A stretch of 64,000 bases of DNA from Elusimicrobia bacterium RIFOXYA2_FULL_47_53 (lineage in GTDB: Bacteria; Elusimicrobiota; Endomicrobiia; Endomicrobiales; XYA2-FULL-47-53), in contig MGVE01000016.1 of the NCBI GenBank assembly GCA_001800315.1, positions 3,432 through 67,431 of the forward strand. The letters are read 5' to 3'. Below the pieces are notes generated by a model. It ran no database searches. It was not told the DNA's origin and worked only from the letters and a program-made list of their open reading frames with translations. A program made the translations under genes and the position numbers. Positions 17,153-27,117 of this stretch are shown in pieces (the first letter of the stretch is position 1; each line of letters starts with the position of its first letter).

Positions 17153-17680
17153 ATGAAATCAGTTTTAATAGGTATAGCCCTGCTGTTTGCCGCGTGCTCT
17201 GCCTGGGGAGCTGACAGATTGAGCGAACTGAAAACAGTTGATTCTGTTGATGTGGCAAGGTATATGGGCTCCTGGTATGAGATAGCCAAGTATCCTCAGT
17301 GGTTTGAAAACGGACTCGTCGGAGTTACCGCGAACTATACCCTGCTCCCGAACGGAAAGGTTCGGGTGCTTAACAGCGGCTACATTAAAGACTTTAACGG
17401 CAAATTGAAAACCGCCAAAGGCAAAGCCTGGATAGTAGATAAAAAAACTAACGCCAAACTTAAAGTAAGCTTTTTCTGGCCTTTTGCCGGGAATTACTGG
17501 ATTTTGGAGCTCGGAAAAGACTACGAATACGCCGTGGTGGGCGATAACTCCGGAAAATACCTCTGGATACTCGCGAGAGAACCTCGGATGGATGATGTCC
17601 TGTACTCTGAACTCCTCAAACGCATTCAGGAAAAGGGGTTTGATATTTCAAAACTGGAAAAGAATCCTCAGCAAATATGA
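17153..17680 (+). CDS. blc: outer-membrane lipoprotein Blc (bacterial lipocalin)
   Basis: Lipobox LFAAC. GSWYEIAKYP, VTANYTLLPNGKVRVLNSG, YWILELGKDYEYAVVG...YLWILAREP. Confidence 0.85.
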   Translation: MKSVLIGIALLFAACSAWGADRLSELKTVDSVDVARYMGSWYEIAKYPQWFENGLVGVTANYTLLPNGKVRVLNSGYIKDFNGKLKTAKGKAWIVDKKTNAKLKVSFFWPFAGNYWILELGKDYEYAVVGDNSGKYLWILAREPRMDDVLYSELLKRIQEKGFDISKLEKNPQQI

Positions 17681-17722
17681 TGATACAGCCTCCGCTGTTA
17701 TCACCAAGGCTCCATAAACAGT

Positions 17723-17750
17723 AAAGCTGTCATTTTGACAGCTTTTTTTA
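17723..17750 (+). terminator. intrinsic terminator after blc
   Basis: AAAGCUGUC - AUUUU - GACAGCUUU (9-bp stem), followed by a U-tract. Confidence 0.8.
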
Positions 17751-17786
17751 CAGTTATAATCGCTCGGAAAGGAATAAACCAGTCAG

Positions 17787-19283
17787 ATGATTAAAATCAC
17801 AGATTTAAATAAATCATACGGGGACCAGGTGCTTTTTGACAACCTGAATTTCGCCGTAAACCGCGGTGAAAAAATAGGCCTCGTCGGCAGGAACGGACAC
17901 GGCAAATCCACTTTGTTTCAGATGATACTGGGTAATGTCTCTTACGATTCAGGAACCATTAACATTCCAAGGAACTACCGCATAGGTTACATGCAGCAGC
18001 ATCTTAACTTCACAAAACCCACCGTGCTTGAGGAGGCCTGCCTCGGCCTCCGGCCGGAAGAAGAATACGATACCTGGAAAGTTGAAAAGATTCTTTTCGG
18101 CCTTGGATTCACCGAAACAGATATGAACAGGGCTCCGGCCGAGTTTTCCGGAGGCTACCAGATCAGGCTAAACCTCGCTAAACTGCTTGCTTCCCGCCCG
18201 GACATGCTTATGCTTGACGAGCCTAACAACTATCTTGATATCGTTGCCATCAGGTGGCTTGAGGATTTTTTGAAAGCCTGGCGCGGCGAATTTATTCTCA
18301 TAACCCACGACAGAAACTTTATGGACAGCGTCGCAACCCACATAGTTGCCATTCACAGGACAAAAGCGAAAAAAATTGAGGGCGATACCGAAAAACTATA
18401 CACCCAGATCAACCAGGAAGAGGAAATCTACGAAAAAACCCGCCTTAACGAGGCAAAGGCACGCAGGCAGACGGAGCTTTTTATCGCGCGGTTTAAGGCC
18501 AAAGCCAGCTTCGCCGCGCGGGCGCAGTCGCGTGTTAAAAAACTTGAAAAACAGGGCGAAATGAAAGAATTGGCCGATATCGCCGACCTTGAACTGTACT
18601 TTAACAGCGCGCACTTTGCCAGCAATCAGATGATGTCCGCGGAGGATATTTCTTTTTCTTACAGCGGCCAGCCGCCTTATATCATAGACAAGTTCTCCCT
18701 GACGGTGGGCAAAAGAGACAGAATATGCATAATAGGAAGAAATGGAAAGGGAAAAACCACACTTTTAAGAGTGCTGGCGCGGGAGCTTTCTCCTGTAAGC
18801 GGAGAGATAAAGCGGCACCCGGCCCTGAAAGAGGGCTATTTCGGGCAGACTAACAAGCTTAACCTCGTTGACCAGAACAATGTCCTTGAGGAAATAATGA
18901 GCGCCGACAGAAACTGCACCGAAGGCAGGGCGCGCAACATTGCCGGCGGCCTTATGTTCCCCGGCGACAACGCTTTAAAAACCATAAAAGTTCTGTCAGG
19001 CGGCGAGAAAAGCAGGGTACTCCTGGGCAAAATACTTGTAACCCCGTGCCACCTGCTGTTTTTAGACGAACCCACAAACCACCTTGATATGCAATCCTGC
19101 GATTCACTCATAGAAGCCATAGATGAATTTGACGGCTCCGTTGTAATGGTAACTCATGACGAACAGCACCTGCGCGCCGTCGCCACAAAACTGATTGTTT
19201 TTGACAACAATAAAGTAATAACCTACGAGGGCGGCTACGACGATTTCCTTCGCGACATCGGCTGGTCTGATGAACGGCAGTAA
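17787..19283 (+). CDS. ABC-F family ATPase (two ABC domains, no TM domain)
   Basis: Walker A motifs GRNGHGKST and GRNGKGKTT. Signature motifs FSGGYQ and LSGGEK. A charged linker joins the two domains. Confidence 0.85.
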   Translation: MIKITDLNKSYGDQVLFDNLNFAVNRGEKIGLVGRNGHGKSTLFQMILGNVSYDSGTINIPRNYRIGYMQQHLNFTKPTVLEEACLGLRPEEEYDTWKVEKILFGLGFTETDMNRAPAEFSGGYQIRLNLAKLLASRPDMLMLDEPNNYLDIVAIRWLEDFLKAWRGEFILITHDRNFMDSVATHIVAIHRTKAKKIEGDTEKLYTQINQEEEIYEKTRLNEAKARRQTELFIARFKAKASFAARAQSRVKKLEKQGEMKELADIADLELYFNSAHFASNQMMSAEDISFSYSGQPPYIIDKFSLTVGKRDRICIIGRNGKGKTTLLRVLARELSPVSGEIKRHPALKEGYFGQTNKLNLVDQNNVLEEIMSADRNCTEGRARNIAGGLMFPGDNALKTIKVLSGGEKSRVLLGKILVTPCHLLFLDEPTNHLDMQSCDSLIEAIDEFDGSVVMVTHDEQHLRAVATKLIVFDNNKVITYEGGYDDFLRDIGWSDERQ

Positions 19284-19334
19284 TCCTGCCGTCACACCCG
19301 GGAATAAACTGCGCCTCGTGATTAAGGGAAATAT

Positions 19335-19622
19335 ATGACAAAACTTACAAACGGGCAGGGTTGGGCTTTTGTTCCTGAACTTGCGCCTTCCGCTAAAAGA
19401 AACCAGGCCTCACCTAAACCAAAGATCCGCTCGGAAAAACGCTCTGGCAAAATCGTCACGGTGATTTCCGGCCTTCACACATACGGCACAGACAGGCTGA
19501 ACAATATAGCCAAAGAACTTAAGTCGTTATGCGCCTCCGGCGGTACAGTGAAAAACGGTGTTATAGAAATCCAGGGAGATAAAACCGCTCAGATTCGGGA
19601 GTGGTTTAACAAAAATCTATGA
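19335..19622 (+). CDS. yciH: SUI1/YciH-family translation initiation factor
   Basis: [13 protein letters not shown]...[22 protein letters not shown] is the typical SUI1 fold sequence. The stop overlaps the rnr start. Confidence 0.75.
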   Translation: MTKLTNGQGWAFVPELAPSAKRNQASPKPKIRSEKRSGKIVTVISGLHTYGTDRLNNIAKELKSLCASGGTVKNGVIEIQGDKTAQIREWFNKNL

Positions 19623-21580
19623 GTCATCATTGGCACAGGCGCGAAAGACACCACTCGGCAGGCAGGCAGGGGGCGATTGTTGAAGGCGTAATACAGCATC
19701 ACGGCCGTTTCGCGTTTTTGCTTGCCAATGAAGCGGGCGGCTCCGATGTTTTTTTAAGAGGCCCCGGGCTTAACCTGGCTATGGACGGAGACCGCGTCTC
19801 GGCACGCGTGCGCCCGGAACCGGGCGGCCGCTTTACCGGCGAAATACTTGAAGTTCTTGAACACGCCAACAAATCCATGGTGGGAGTATTGCGGCGCCTG
19901 CCGCGCGGCTGGCTTCTATTCCCAGAAAAAGGCTACGCGCCCGCCGCCCTGGTTGAAGGCTTTAACGGCAAAGTTGCTCCGCTTGAAGGAGCGCTCGCGG
20001 TGCTTGAGGTGACGCGCTGGCCGACCGAAAAAGAAAGCGCTGCCGGAATAATCACGGAAGTCCTCGGCGCCACGGACGATACGAGGGCGCGAATTACCTC
20101 ACTTTTGCGCGCCCGAGGCATAACAGAGATTTTTCCTAAGGAAGCGCTTGCCGAGAGCAAAGCGATGCCTCTTAAACTTGAACCAATCCACTGGAGAGGC
20201 AGGGAGGAACTTTTTCACCTGCCGGTCGTTACCATTGACGGCGCGGACGCGAAGGATTTTGACGACGCTGTTTCGCTGGAACCGCTCGGAGGCGGGCTTG
20301 CTCGCCTCGGAGTGCATATAGCCGATGTAGCCAACTATGTAAAAAAGGGGTCCACTCTTGACAAAGAAGCCTATGAGAGAGGAACAAGCGTTTATCTGCC
20401 CGACCGCGTAGTGCCGATGCTTCCGGAAAGCCTTTCAAACAACCTCTGCAGCCTTGTGCCCAACCAGGAAAGATTAACTCTTTCGGTTTTTATGGATATT
20501 GACAGAGAGGGCAATGTTATAAAGCGCCGTATGGCAAACACGGTTATCCGGTCCTGCAGAAGGTTTACCTACGATGAAGTGCAGGCGCTCTTAGACGGCG
20601 ATGCTGTTGCCGCTGTCCCTGAAGGAGCTCTCCGCGCCGTCATGCTTATGGGGCAATTGGCCGAAACGCTTTACAAAAGCAGGGTAAAGCGCGGCGCTCT
20701 GGACTTTGACCTGCCCGAATACAAAGTTGAAACGGACTCTCACGGGAAACCCCTGCGGGTAACTCTCCGGCCCAGGCTGGCGAGCCACCGGCTCATTGAA
20801 GAATTCATGCTGCTTGCCAACGAATCAATCGCCACCGAGCTTATCGCGGCCAAAGCGCCATTTCTGCACAGAAGGCACGATGAACCCGACCCCGCGAAAA
20901 TCAGCGTTCTCGCGAAAACGCTCGGCGAGCTTGGCTTATCGGCGGGACATCTTGGGGGAGGAAATACTCACAAGGCCCTTCAGGACATTCTCAGGCAGTC
21001 CATAGACCATCCGCTGTCAGGAATAATAAATTCGCTTATGGTGCGCAGTATGAAGCAGGCGGTTTACTCTCCGAAATCGGCGGGCCATTTCGGCATAGCC
21101 GCCGCGGCCTACGCCCATTTTACTTCTCCTATAAGGCGTTACCCGGACCTGACGGCGCACCGCGCCATCAAGGCCCTGCTTAGAGGCGAAAAAGAAAACC
21201 ACGACAAACCCACTCTTACCGAAGCGGGCGAACACTGTTCCGAAAGAGAGCGCTCGGCGGCCGAAGCCGAACATAAGGCAGTTGACCTTATGCGGGCGGA
21301 GCTGTTCAAAAAGAAGATCGGCACGGTTATAGAAGGCACTGTGACAACCGTGATAGAAACCGGCAGTTTTGTCCTGTGCGCTGAAACCGGCGCCGAGGGA
21401 ATGCTGCGCGTGACAAATTTAAAACCCGGAACAAAAGTCAGGGTGCATATTGATTCTGTTGACGCCCTGGAAGGTAAAATCAGCATGTCTCTTGCCGAAA
21501 AACCGTCTATGCCTCCCCAGATGCGCCTGACTCGCGGGCATACCAGAAAAAGCCGACGGAAGCGCGGCCTTCGCGGATAA
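19619..21580 (+). CDS. rnr: ribonuclease R
   Basis: RNB catalytic region ([51 protein letters not shown]). C-terminal S1 domain and a basic tail. Confidence 0.85.
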   Translation: MSHHWHRRERHHSAGRQGAIVEGVIQHHGRFAFLLANEAGGSDVFLRGPGLNLAMDGDRVSARVRPEPGGRFTGEILEVLEHANKSMVGVLRRLPRGWLLFPEKGYAPAALVEGFNGKVAPLEGALAVLEVTRWPTEKESAAGIITEVLGATDDTRARITSLLRARGITEIFPKEALAESKAMPLKLEPIHWRGREELFHLPVVTIDGADAKDFDDAVSLEPLGGGLARLGVHIADVANYVKKGSTLDKEAYERGTSVYLPDRVVPMLPESLSNNLCSLVPNQERLTLSVFMDIDREGNVIKRRMANTVIRSCRRFTYDEVQALLDGDAVAAVPEGALRAVMLMGQLAETLYKSRVKRGALDFDLPEYKVETDSHGKPLRVTLRPRLASHRLIEEFMLLANESIATELIAAKAPFLHRRHDEPDPAKISVLAKTLGELGLSAGHLGGGNTHKALQDILRQSIDHPLSGIINSLMVRSMKQAVYSPKSAGHFGIAAAAYAHFTSPIRRYPDLTAHRAIKALLRGEKENHDKPTLTEAGEHCSERERSAAEAEHKAVDLMRAELFKKKIGTVIEGTVTTVIETGSFVLCAETGAEGMLRVTNLKPGTKVRVHIDSVDALEGKISMSLAEKPSMPPQMRLTRGHTRKSRRKRGLRG

Positions 21581-21586
21581 CAGCGC

Positions 21587-22561
21587 ATGAATTTTTCACT
21601 TTACTTCACCGACATTAAAAAAATATGGAAATGGGCCGTTCCTTTCATTGCTTTGGCTTTGTTATCGGGGCATTTTTTAGAAATACTGTTGATATTATCA
21701 GGTTTGTTTATTTTTGCCTTAGGATTCAAAACTCTGCGAAAGAAATGGCTGATAGACAATACTCCCACATCAAAGGTCCGCTCCGCGGCCATGGGGCCCG
21801 CGGAATTTAACGGAATTGCGCTCAGGAAAACTGAACTCGCCAGCAGGCTGACGCATACCGATTGCGTATATTATAAATTCAGAATTGAAAAAGAAGTTAG
21901 AGGCTCAAAAGGCAGAAAAAGCTGGCAGATAATTGAGAGCGGCGAATCCGCCTGCTTTTTTTATCTGGAAGATACCACGGGGAAAATACTAATTGACCCG
22001 CTTGAAGCCGAAACCTTCATGCCCAGGGATTACTCTGACATTGAAAGCAAGGGTTTTTCAAGATTTCGTTACAGCGAATGGCTCATAAAACCCGGAGATC
22101 CCGTATATGTTTTTGGCACTGTAAGGAAGATGAAAGACACTATTGCGGATAGAAAGGAAAAACTGTTCGCAAAGCTCAGAAAACTAAAAGAAGACAGGCA
22201 GAAGCTGGCACAGTTTGACACCGATAAAGACGGCCGGTTGAGTGCAGAAGAATGGGACAACGCGGTAAGAGCTGCTGAAGAAGAACTCACGCGCGAGGAA
22301 ATGAATAATCCCGATAAAGTTGAGGATGAACTGGTTGTTGGAAAAGGAGATTTGGAAAAAACCTTCATATTGTCGGATAAAAAAGAAAACCAGATTTCCC
22401 GCGAGTTGCTCTTTCTCTGCTCGGCTCTTGTTATTATCGGCATTCTGTTGGCGGTAGCAGGCTCGGTATCATTAATTGCGAGGGCTGGGTTGCTTCCGCA
22501 AAGCCTGATAATACCTTGGATAAATATTTTTATAGTTGCGGATTATCAATTCTCTTTTTGA
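21587..22561 (+). CDS. GIDE-domain membrane protein with an embedded canonical EF-hand
   Basis: N-terminal TM pair, then the GIDE-like pattern (NTPTSKVRSAAMGPAEFNG..., DCVYYKFRIEKE, FFYLEDTTGKILIDP). EF-hand loop DTDKDGRLSAEE at 22217-22252. C-terminal TM. Confidence 0.6.
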   Translation: MNFSLYFTDIKKIWKWAVPFIALALLSGHFLEILLILSGLFIFALGFKTLRKKWLIDNTPTSKVRSAAMGPAEFNGIALRKTELASRLTHTDCVYYKFRIEKEVRGSKGRKSWQIIESGESACFFYLEDTTGKILIDPLEAETFMPRDYSDIESKGFSRFRYSEWLIKPGDPVYVFGTVRKMKDTIADRKEKLFAKLRKLKEDRQKLAQFDTDKDGRLSAEEWDNAVRAAEEELTREEMNNPDKVEDELVVGKGDLEKTFILSDKKENQISRELLFLCSALVIIGILLAVAGSVSLIARAGLLPQSLIIPWINIFIVADYQFSF

Positions 22562-22608
22562 TAAAATATCACAAAACCAGCGGCAAACCGTATAATCGGA
22601 GGTCTTAA

Positions 22609-23181
22609 ATGGGCATTGCGTTAGTTTTACTTATTTTTCTCGGTATGGCGGCGCTTGGCATTGTATTGTTTTTCGTCGGTATTTACAATCAGCTTGTTCA
22701 TCTGAAGGTCAGCATTGAAAAGGCCTGGGCAAACATTGATGTTTTGCTCAAACAGCGTTACGACGAGATACCGAAACTCGTGCAAGTCTGCGAAGGTTAC
22801 ATGAAGTACGAGAGGGATACGCTTGAAAAAGTGACTCTTGCGAGAACAAAATACCTTGAAGCGAAAACTCCCTCCCAGGTGGCGCAGGCGGATTCGGGCC
22901 TCGCGGGAGCGCTAAAATCATTATTTGCCGTGGCTGAGAATTATCCCGAGCTTAAGGCAAACGAGAATTTCATGCAGCTGCAGGGCAGAGTAAGCTACCT
23001 TGAGAACCAGATCGCCGACCGCAGGGAATTTTACAATGACTCAGTCGCGATTTTTAATACCCGAATAAAACAAATTCCGGATGTGTTTATCGCGAACTTT
23101 CTAAAATACAGCGAAAGAGAGATGTTTAAAGTTGAAACCGCGCATAAAACCGCGCCCGACATTAAGTTTGACGGAATATAA
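22609..23181 (+). CDS. lemA: LemA family protein
   Basis: Single N-terminal TM. NQLV.L...E.AWANIDVLLKQRYDEIP, ENYPELKANENFMQLQ...ENQIADRREFYN. Confidence 0.85.
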   Translation: MGIALVLLIFLGMAALGIVLFFVGIYNQLVHLKVSIEKAWANIDVLLKQRYDEIPKLVQVCEGYMKYERDTLEKVTLARTKYLEAKTPSQVAQADSGLAGALKSLFAVAENYPELKANENFMQLQGRVSYLENQIADRREFYNDSVAIFNTRIKQIPDVFIANFLKYSEREMFKVETAHKTAPDIKFDGI

Positions 23182-23292
23182 AATTCACCGTATCAATCAA
23201 GCTTGTGACAAAGTTTGTAAAACACTTGTAAAATAACTAAGAATATCGCAGTATCTCAGTTGTTATGTTGTTTACAAATTCAGGGAGATAAA

Positions 23293-24849
23293 ATGACCTC
23301 GGTTAAGCCAAATCCAGAAAAGCGAAATCTGAGCAGAATTAAATGCGTTTTGCCCGTAAAATTAGTTGACATAAATTTGGTCCAGGAGGAATTTTTCGTT
23401 GAATGTGTCAACATAAGCAAGACTGGGATGTCAATAGTCAGCAATATGGACAACATATCAACCCCAATAGAGGTATTGCTTGACCCCTACAACACTATGC
23501 TTAAAAAAGCTGATACGCTCCAGGTATCAGCTGAAATCAAATGGGTAAAGAAATTCCATGACGGAAAAGCATTTTATTACGGGCTTACTTTTATTAACCT
23601 GTCACCCGAAAACAAGAATGATATTGATCGTTTTGTTGAATCGGTAGCCGACTTAGTAGCAAGCGCCCAATCGGGCAACGGTGTTTATGTTCCCAAAAAC
23701 AGCCAGCTCAATTATAACAAGGACTTTATAATTAATAAGCGCCTAAAATGGCTGTCAGAAAAAACAAATGTGGAATATAAAAACATTTCTAACTTTACGG
23801 TTGATACCGAGTCAATGAAAGGCAATATAGAAAACTGCATTGGGGCCGTGCAAGTCCCGCTCGCAGTCGCAGGCCCCATAAAAGTAAACGGACAATATGC
23901 TAAGGGAGACTTTTATATTCCTCTTTCTACTACCGAAGGCGCCCTCGCAATGACATATGACCTCGGTTGCAGGGTAATATATAAGGCTGGCGGCGCAAAC
24001 ACAAAGATAATTAAAGATGAAGTTCATATTTCGCCGGTATTTAAGCTTAACAGCATTGCTGAAGGCGATGAATTTATTGACTGGATAAATAACCATTTTG
24101 AACAGATTAAACAGCGTGCAGAAAGCACAACAAGGTACGGCAAGCTGTTGCGTACTGAATGTATAAAGATGGGCCTAAAGATAATTGTTAAATTCATTTA
24201 TTCAACTGGCGACGCCCAGGGATTAAATATGATTAATAAAGGGACCGATGCCTCATGTAAATATATAGTTGAACAGAAAAAAATTGAATATTACCACAGG
24301 GCTAACTACTCCGGAATCAAGAAACTCAACATGGACAATATATATAACGGCAACGGCAAGGCGGTTGTCGCTGATGTTACTATTCCAAAGAACATATTGC
24401 GTGCTTTGCGAGTTACACCCGAGGAAATGGTTGAATATTACAACACCTGCCTTTTAGCAAGTACCTATGCCGGCATGATTGGCATTAATGCCCACATAGC
24501 AAACGGGATCACGGCCATGTTTATCGCCTGCGGCCAGGATGTAGCGGATATTTCGGTTTCCAGCGTAGGTTTTATGTCCTACGAACTTACCAATAAGGGT
24601 GATTTATACGGAAGTCTTTACATACCAAACCTATTTGTTGGTACCGTAGGTGGAGGAACAAAATTGGGTGGTCAGCGTGAATGTCTTGACATGATGGGGT
24701 GCTCGGGGACCGGCAGTTCAAAAAAGTTTGCAGAGCTCGTCACGGCCACTGCATTAGCCGGCGAAATAGCTGTCGTCTCGGCACTTCTCAATAACAACTA
24801 TGTCCAAGCGCACGAAAAGTACGGTCGCGCAAAACGGTCAGTAATATAA
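23293..24849 (+). CDS. PilZ domain fused to a class-I-like HMG-CoA reductase catalytic domain
   Basis: I took the start at MTSVK, after RBS AGGGAGA. PilZ motifs: RNLSR (RxxxR) and, 25 aa later, NISKTG (N-x-S-x-x-G). HMGR blocks: ENCIGAVQVPLAVAGP, STTEGALAM, GDAQGLNMINKG, VGTVGGGT. Confidence 0.75.
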   Translation: MTSVKPNPEKRNLSRIKCVLPVKLVDINLVQEEFFVECVNISKTGMSIVSNMDNISTPIEVLLDPYNTMLKKADTLQVSAEIKWVKKFHDGKAFYYGLTFINLSPENKNDIDRFVESVADLVASAQSGNGVYVPKNSQLNYNKDFIINKRLKWLSEKTNVEYKNISNFTVDTESMKGNIENCIGAVQVPLAVAGPIKVNGQYAKGDFYIPLSTTEGALAMTYDLGCRVIYKAGGANTKIIKDEVHISPVFKLNSIAEGDEFIDWINNHFEQIKQRAESTTRYGKLLRTECIKMGLKIIVKFIYSTGDAQGLNMINKGTDASCKYIVEQKKIEYYHRANYSGIKKLNMDNIYNGNGKAVVADVTIPKNILRALRVTPEEMVEYYNTCLLASTYAGMIGINAHIANGITAMFIACGQDVADISVSSVGFMSYELTNKGDLYGSLYIPNLFVGTVGGGTKLGGQRECLDMMGCSGTGSSKKFAELVTATALAGEIAVVSALLNNNYVQAHEKYGRAKRSVI

Positions 24850-24883
24850 TAATGATATAGAAAATGATGGGGGGAAAGACCAA

Positions 24884-27040
24884 TTGATGAACTTATCGTT
24901 TGTTGCCGCATCACTATTGACGGCTGTGGTCAGCCTGGCCTTCTCCGTATTCGTATACGCGAAGAGACACTCGCTGAAAGCTAATCGTGTTTGGGGATTA
25001 TTTGGAATAAGTTGTGCCTTATGGAGTTTGGGGTTAGGAATGATGTCTTTTGCCCCAAACGAACAGATAGCGCTGTTTTGGCTCAAATATGTCCACTATG
25101 TCGGAGCTATTTTTATCCCGCCGATTTTCTTCCATTTCGTCACGGTCCTTATAGAAAATGACTACACAAAACAAGGCAGGCGAATGCTCGCCATCGCTTA
25201 TACACTGGCGGGCCTGCTTCTGATCGCAAATTTTACCGGAGTGCTTGCAACTGTCAAACCGGTTTCTTACTTTCACTATTACACGGCTCCAAAAGCTTTA
25301 TATAATGTTTTTGGCCTGTATTTTCTGTTCTATGTAGTTTACTCGCTTTACCTGCTGCTTAAGGCGTATTTGAACGCAACAGATATTATTCGGCGTAACC
25401 AGCTCAAATACCTTCTGCTCGGCATGACTGTTGGTTTTATTGGCGGCAGCACGGCATTCTTCCCTGTCTATGACATAGAAATATTCCCGTTTGGGATGTA
25501 TTTTGCGTCTAGCCATGTCGCAATTGTATCTTACGCAATGATAAAATTCAGGCTTATGGATATAAGGATAGCTGTTACCAGGGCAGGCATATTCCTTACC
25601 GTATATATGTTGGTCTTAGGCCTGCCATTCTGGTATTTGTTTGCCTACGGATTAAGCATACAACTCTACATTGCTACGATAGTGCTTGCGACTCTCGGCC
25701 CCATTATTTACCGATACCTGGATGAAAAAGCCGAAGAGTTGCTGTTGGCAGCTCAGCGTCATTACCAGAAACTGCTTGTTGATGCGGCAAGCGGTATGAC
25801 CGAACAACATTCGCTCAGCAAATTATTAAAACTAGTTGTTTATCTGGTTAAACGAATCGTAAAGGTCTCATACGCGGCAATACTTCTTTACGATAAAGAA
25901 ACTAACAGCTTTATACTAAAAGAAATACGCGCTTCCGAGAAAATGGCCAGCCTAAGCGCACCGTTCATAATAGATAGCACTCATTATTTATTCCACCGCA
26001 TCAACGAATCCGACGAACCTTTCCTTTTTAATGAACTTCCTAAGTATGTGCAGGACGCGTTTAATTTTCCCATAAAACCGGGTCTTATAGTTCCGTCCTA
26101 CTATCAAAAAAAGCCCATCGGAGTTCTTTTCCTTGGGAACAAGATGAACAACGAGATTTTCACACAGGATGATATTCGTGTGTTTAAAATTCTTGCGAGC
26201 CAGTCTGCTCTGGCTGTTGAAAATTGCATATTTATTACCGAGTCTAAGAATTCTCAGGAAAAGATTTTTCACGCCGAAAAGCTCGCCAGCGTCGGAGGAA
26301 TGGCCGAAGGCATCGCCCACCAGATAGGAAACAGGTTAAACCAGTTTTCTGTCGCTGCCGGCGAACTGGAACTGGAGCTGGGGTCTATAAAGATGAATCA
26401 CAGCGAGTATTTAAAAACAGAATCTTTCAGAACCAGCGTGGACTATATATCAAAACTTGTCACATCTATTTTGTCAAATGTAAAAAAAACCGACGCGGTT
26501 ATACGGAGCATACTGAACTTCGCCAAGCCCGGGAGCGAGAATAAAGTTGAATTCTCTCTCATTGAAATGACAAACTCGGTAACCGAACTTATCTGCATCA
26601 AACATCGCCTCAGGGAATTTCCGTACCTGAAGTTTGACATAAAATGTTCCGATGTGCTTTTCGCCATTAAAGAACAGATGTCCGAGTCAATTTTCAATTT
26701 ATTGGACAATTCCTTTGAATCAATTCAGGATAAGATACTCAGGTCGGCGGAAGCCGGACAACCATATCCGGATCCAAACATAACCGTATCATTGAAGGAA
26801 AAAGACGGCTTATGGCAGCTCGCGGTATCTGATAATGGAATGGGAATAAGCGATTCCGTAAAGCGCAAGATCTTCGCTCCGTTTTTTACAACTAAATCAT
26901 CCACAAAATCCGGCTCCGGCATAGGCATGTATGTGGTTAAACGAATCATTGAAGAACGCCACAACGGTAAAATATGGTTTGAGTCCCAGGAAGGCCAGGG
27001 CACTACTTTTTTCATAGAAATTCCGCGCGGGGACAACTGA
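24884..27040 (+). CDS. sensor histidine kinase with N-terminal 7-TM domain, GAF, HisKA-like and HATPase domains
   Basis: About 270 aa of multi-pass membrane region. GAF-like middle region. H-box-like GIAHQIGNRLN. ATPase boxes DNSFES, DNGMGI, GSGIGMYV. Confidence 0.8.
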   Translation: MMNLSFVAASLLTAVVSLAFSVFVYAKRHSLKANRVWGLFGISCALWSLGLGMMSFAPNEQIALFWLKYVHYVGAIFIPPIFFHFVTVLIENDYTKQGRRMLAIAYTLAGLLLIANFTGVLATVKPVSYFHYYTAPKALYNVFGLYFLFYVVYSLYLLLKAYLNATDIIRRNQLKYLLLGMTVGFIGGSTAFFPVYDIEIFPFGMYFASSHVAIVSYAMIKFRLMDIRIAVTRAGIFLTVYMLVLGLPFWYLFAYGLSIQLYIATIVLATLGPIIYRYLDEKAEELLLAAQRHYQKLLVDAASGMTEQHSLSKLLKLVVYLVKRIVKVSYAAILLYDKETNSFILKEIRASEKMASLSAPFIIDSTHYLFHRINESDEPFLFNELPKYVQDAFNFPIKPGLIVPSYYQKKPIGVLFLGNKMNNEIFTQDDIRVFKILASQSALAVENCIFITESKNSQEKIFHAEKLASVGGMAEGIAHQIGNRLNQFSVAAGELELELGSIKMNHSEYLKTESFRTSVDYISKLVTSILSNVKKTDAVIRSILNFAKPGSENKVEFSLIEMTNSVTELICIKHRLREFPYLKFDIKCSDVLFAIKEQMSESIFNLLDNSFESIQDKILRSAEAGQPYPDPNITVSLKEKDGLWQLAVSDNGMGISDSVKRKIFAPFFTTKSSTKSGSGIGMYVVKRIIEERHNGKIWFESQEGQGTTFFIEIPRGDN

Positions 27041-27117
27041 CGAGCCAGCGAGATTAAACCTGACTGTTATAATTTTTGCCGTGTATGGCATGTTTTTATT
27101 TTTCTGAAGGGGGAAAA

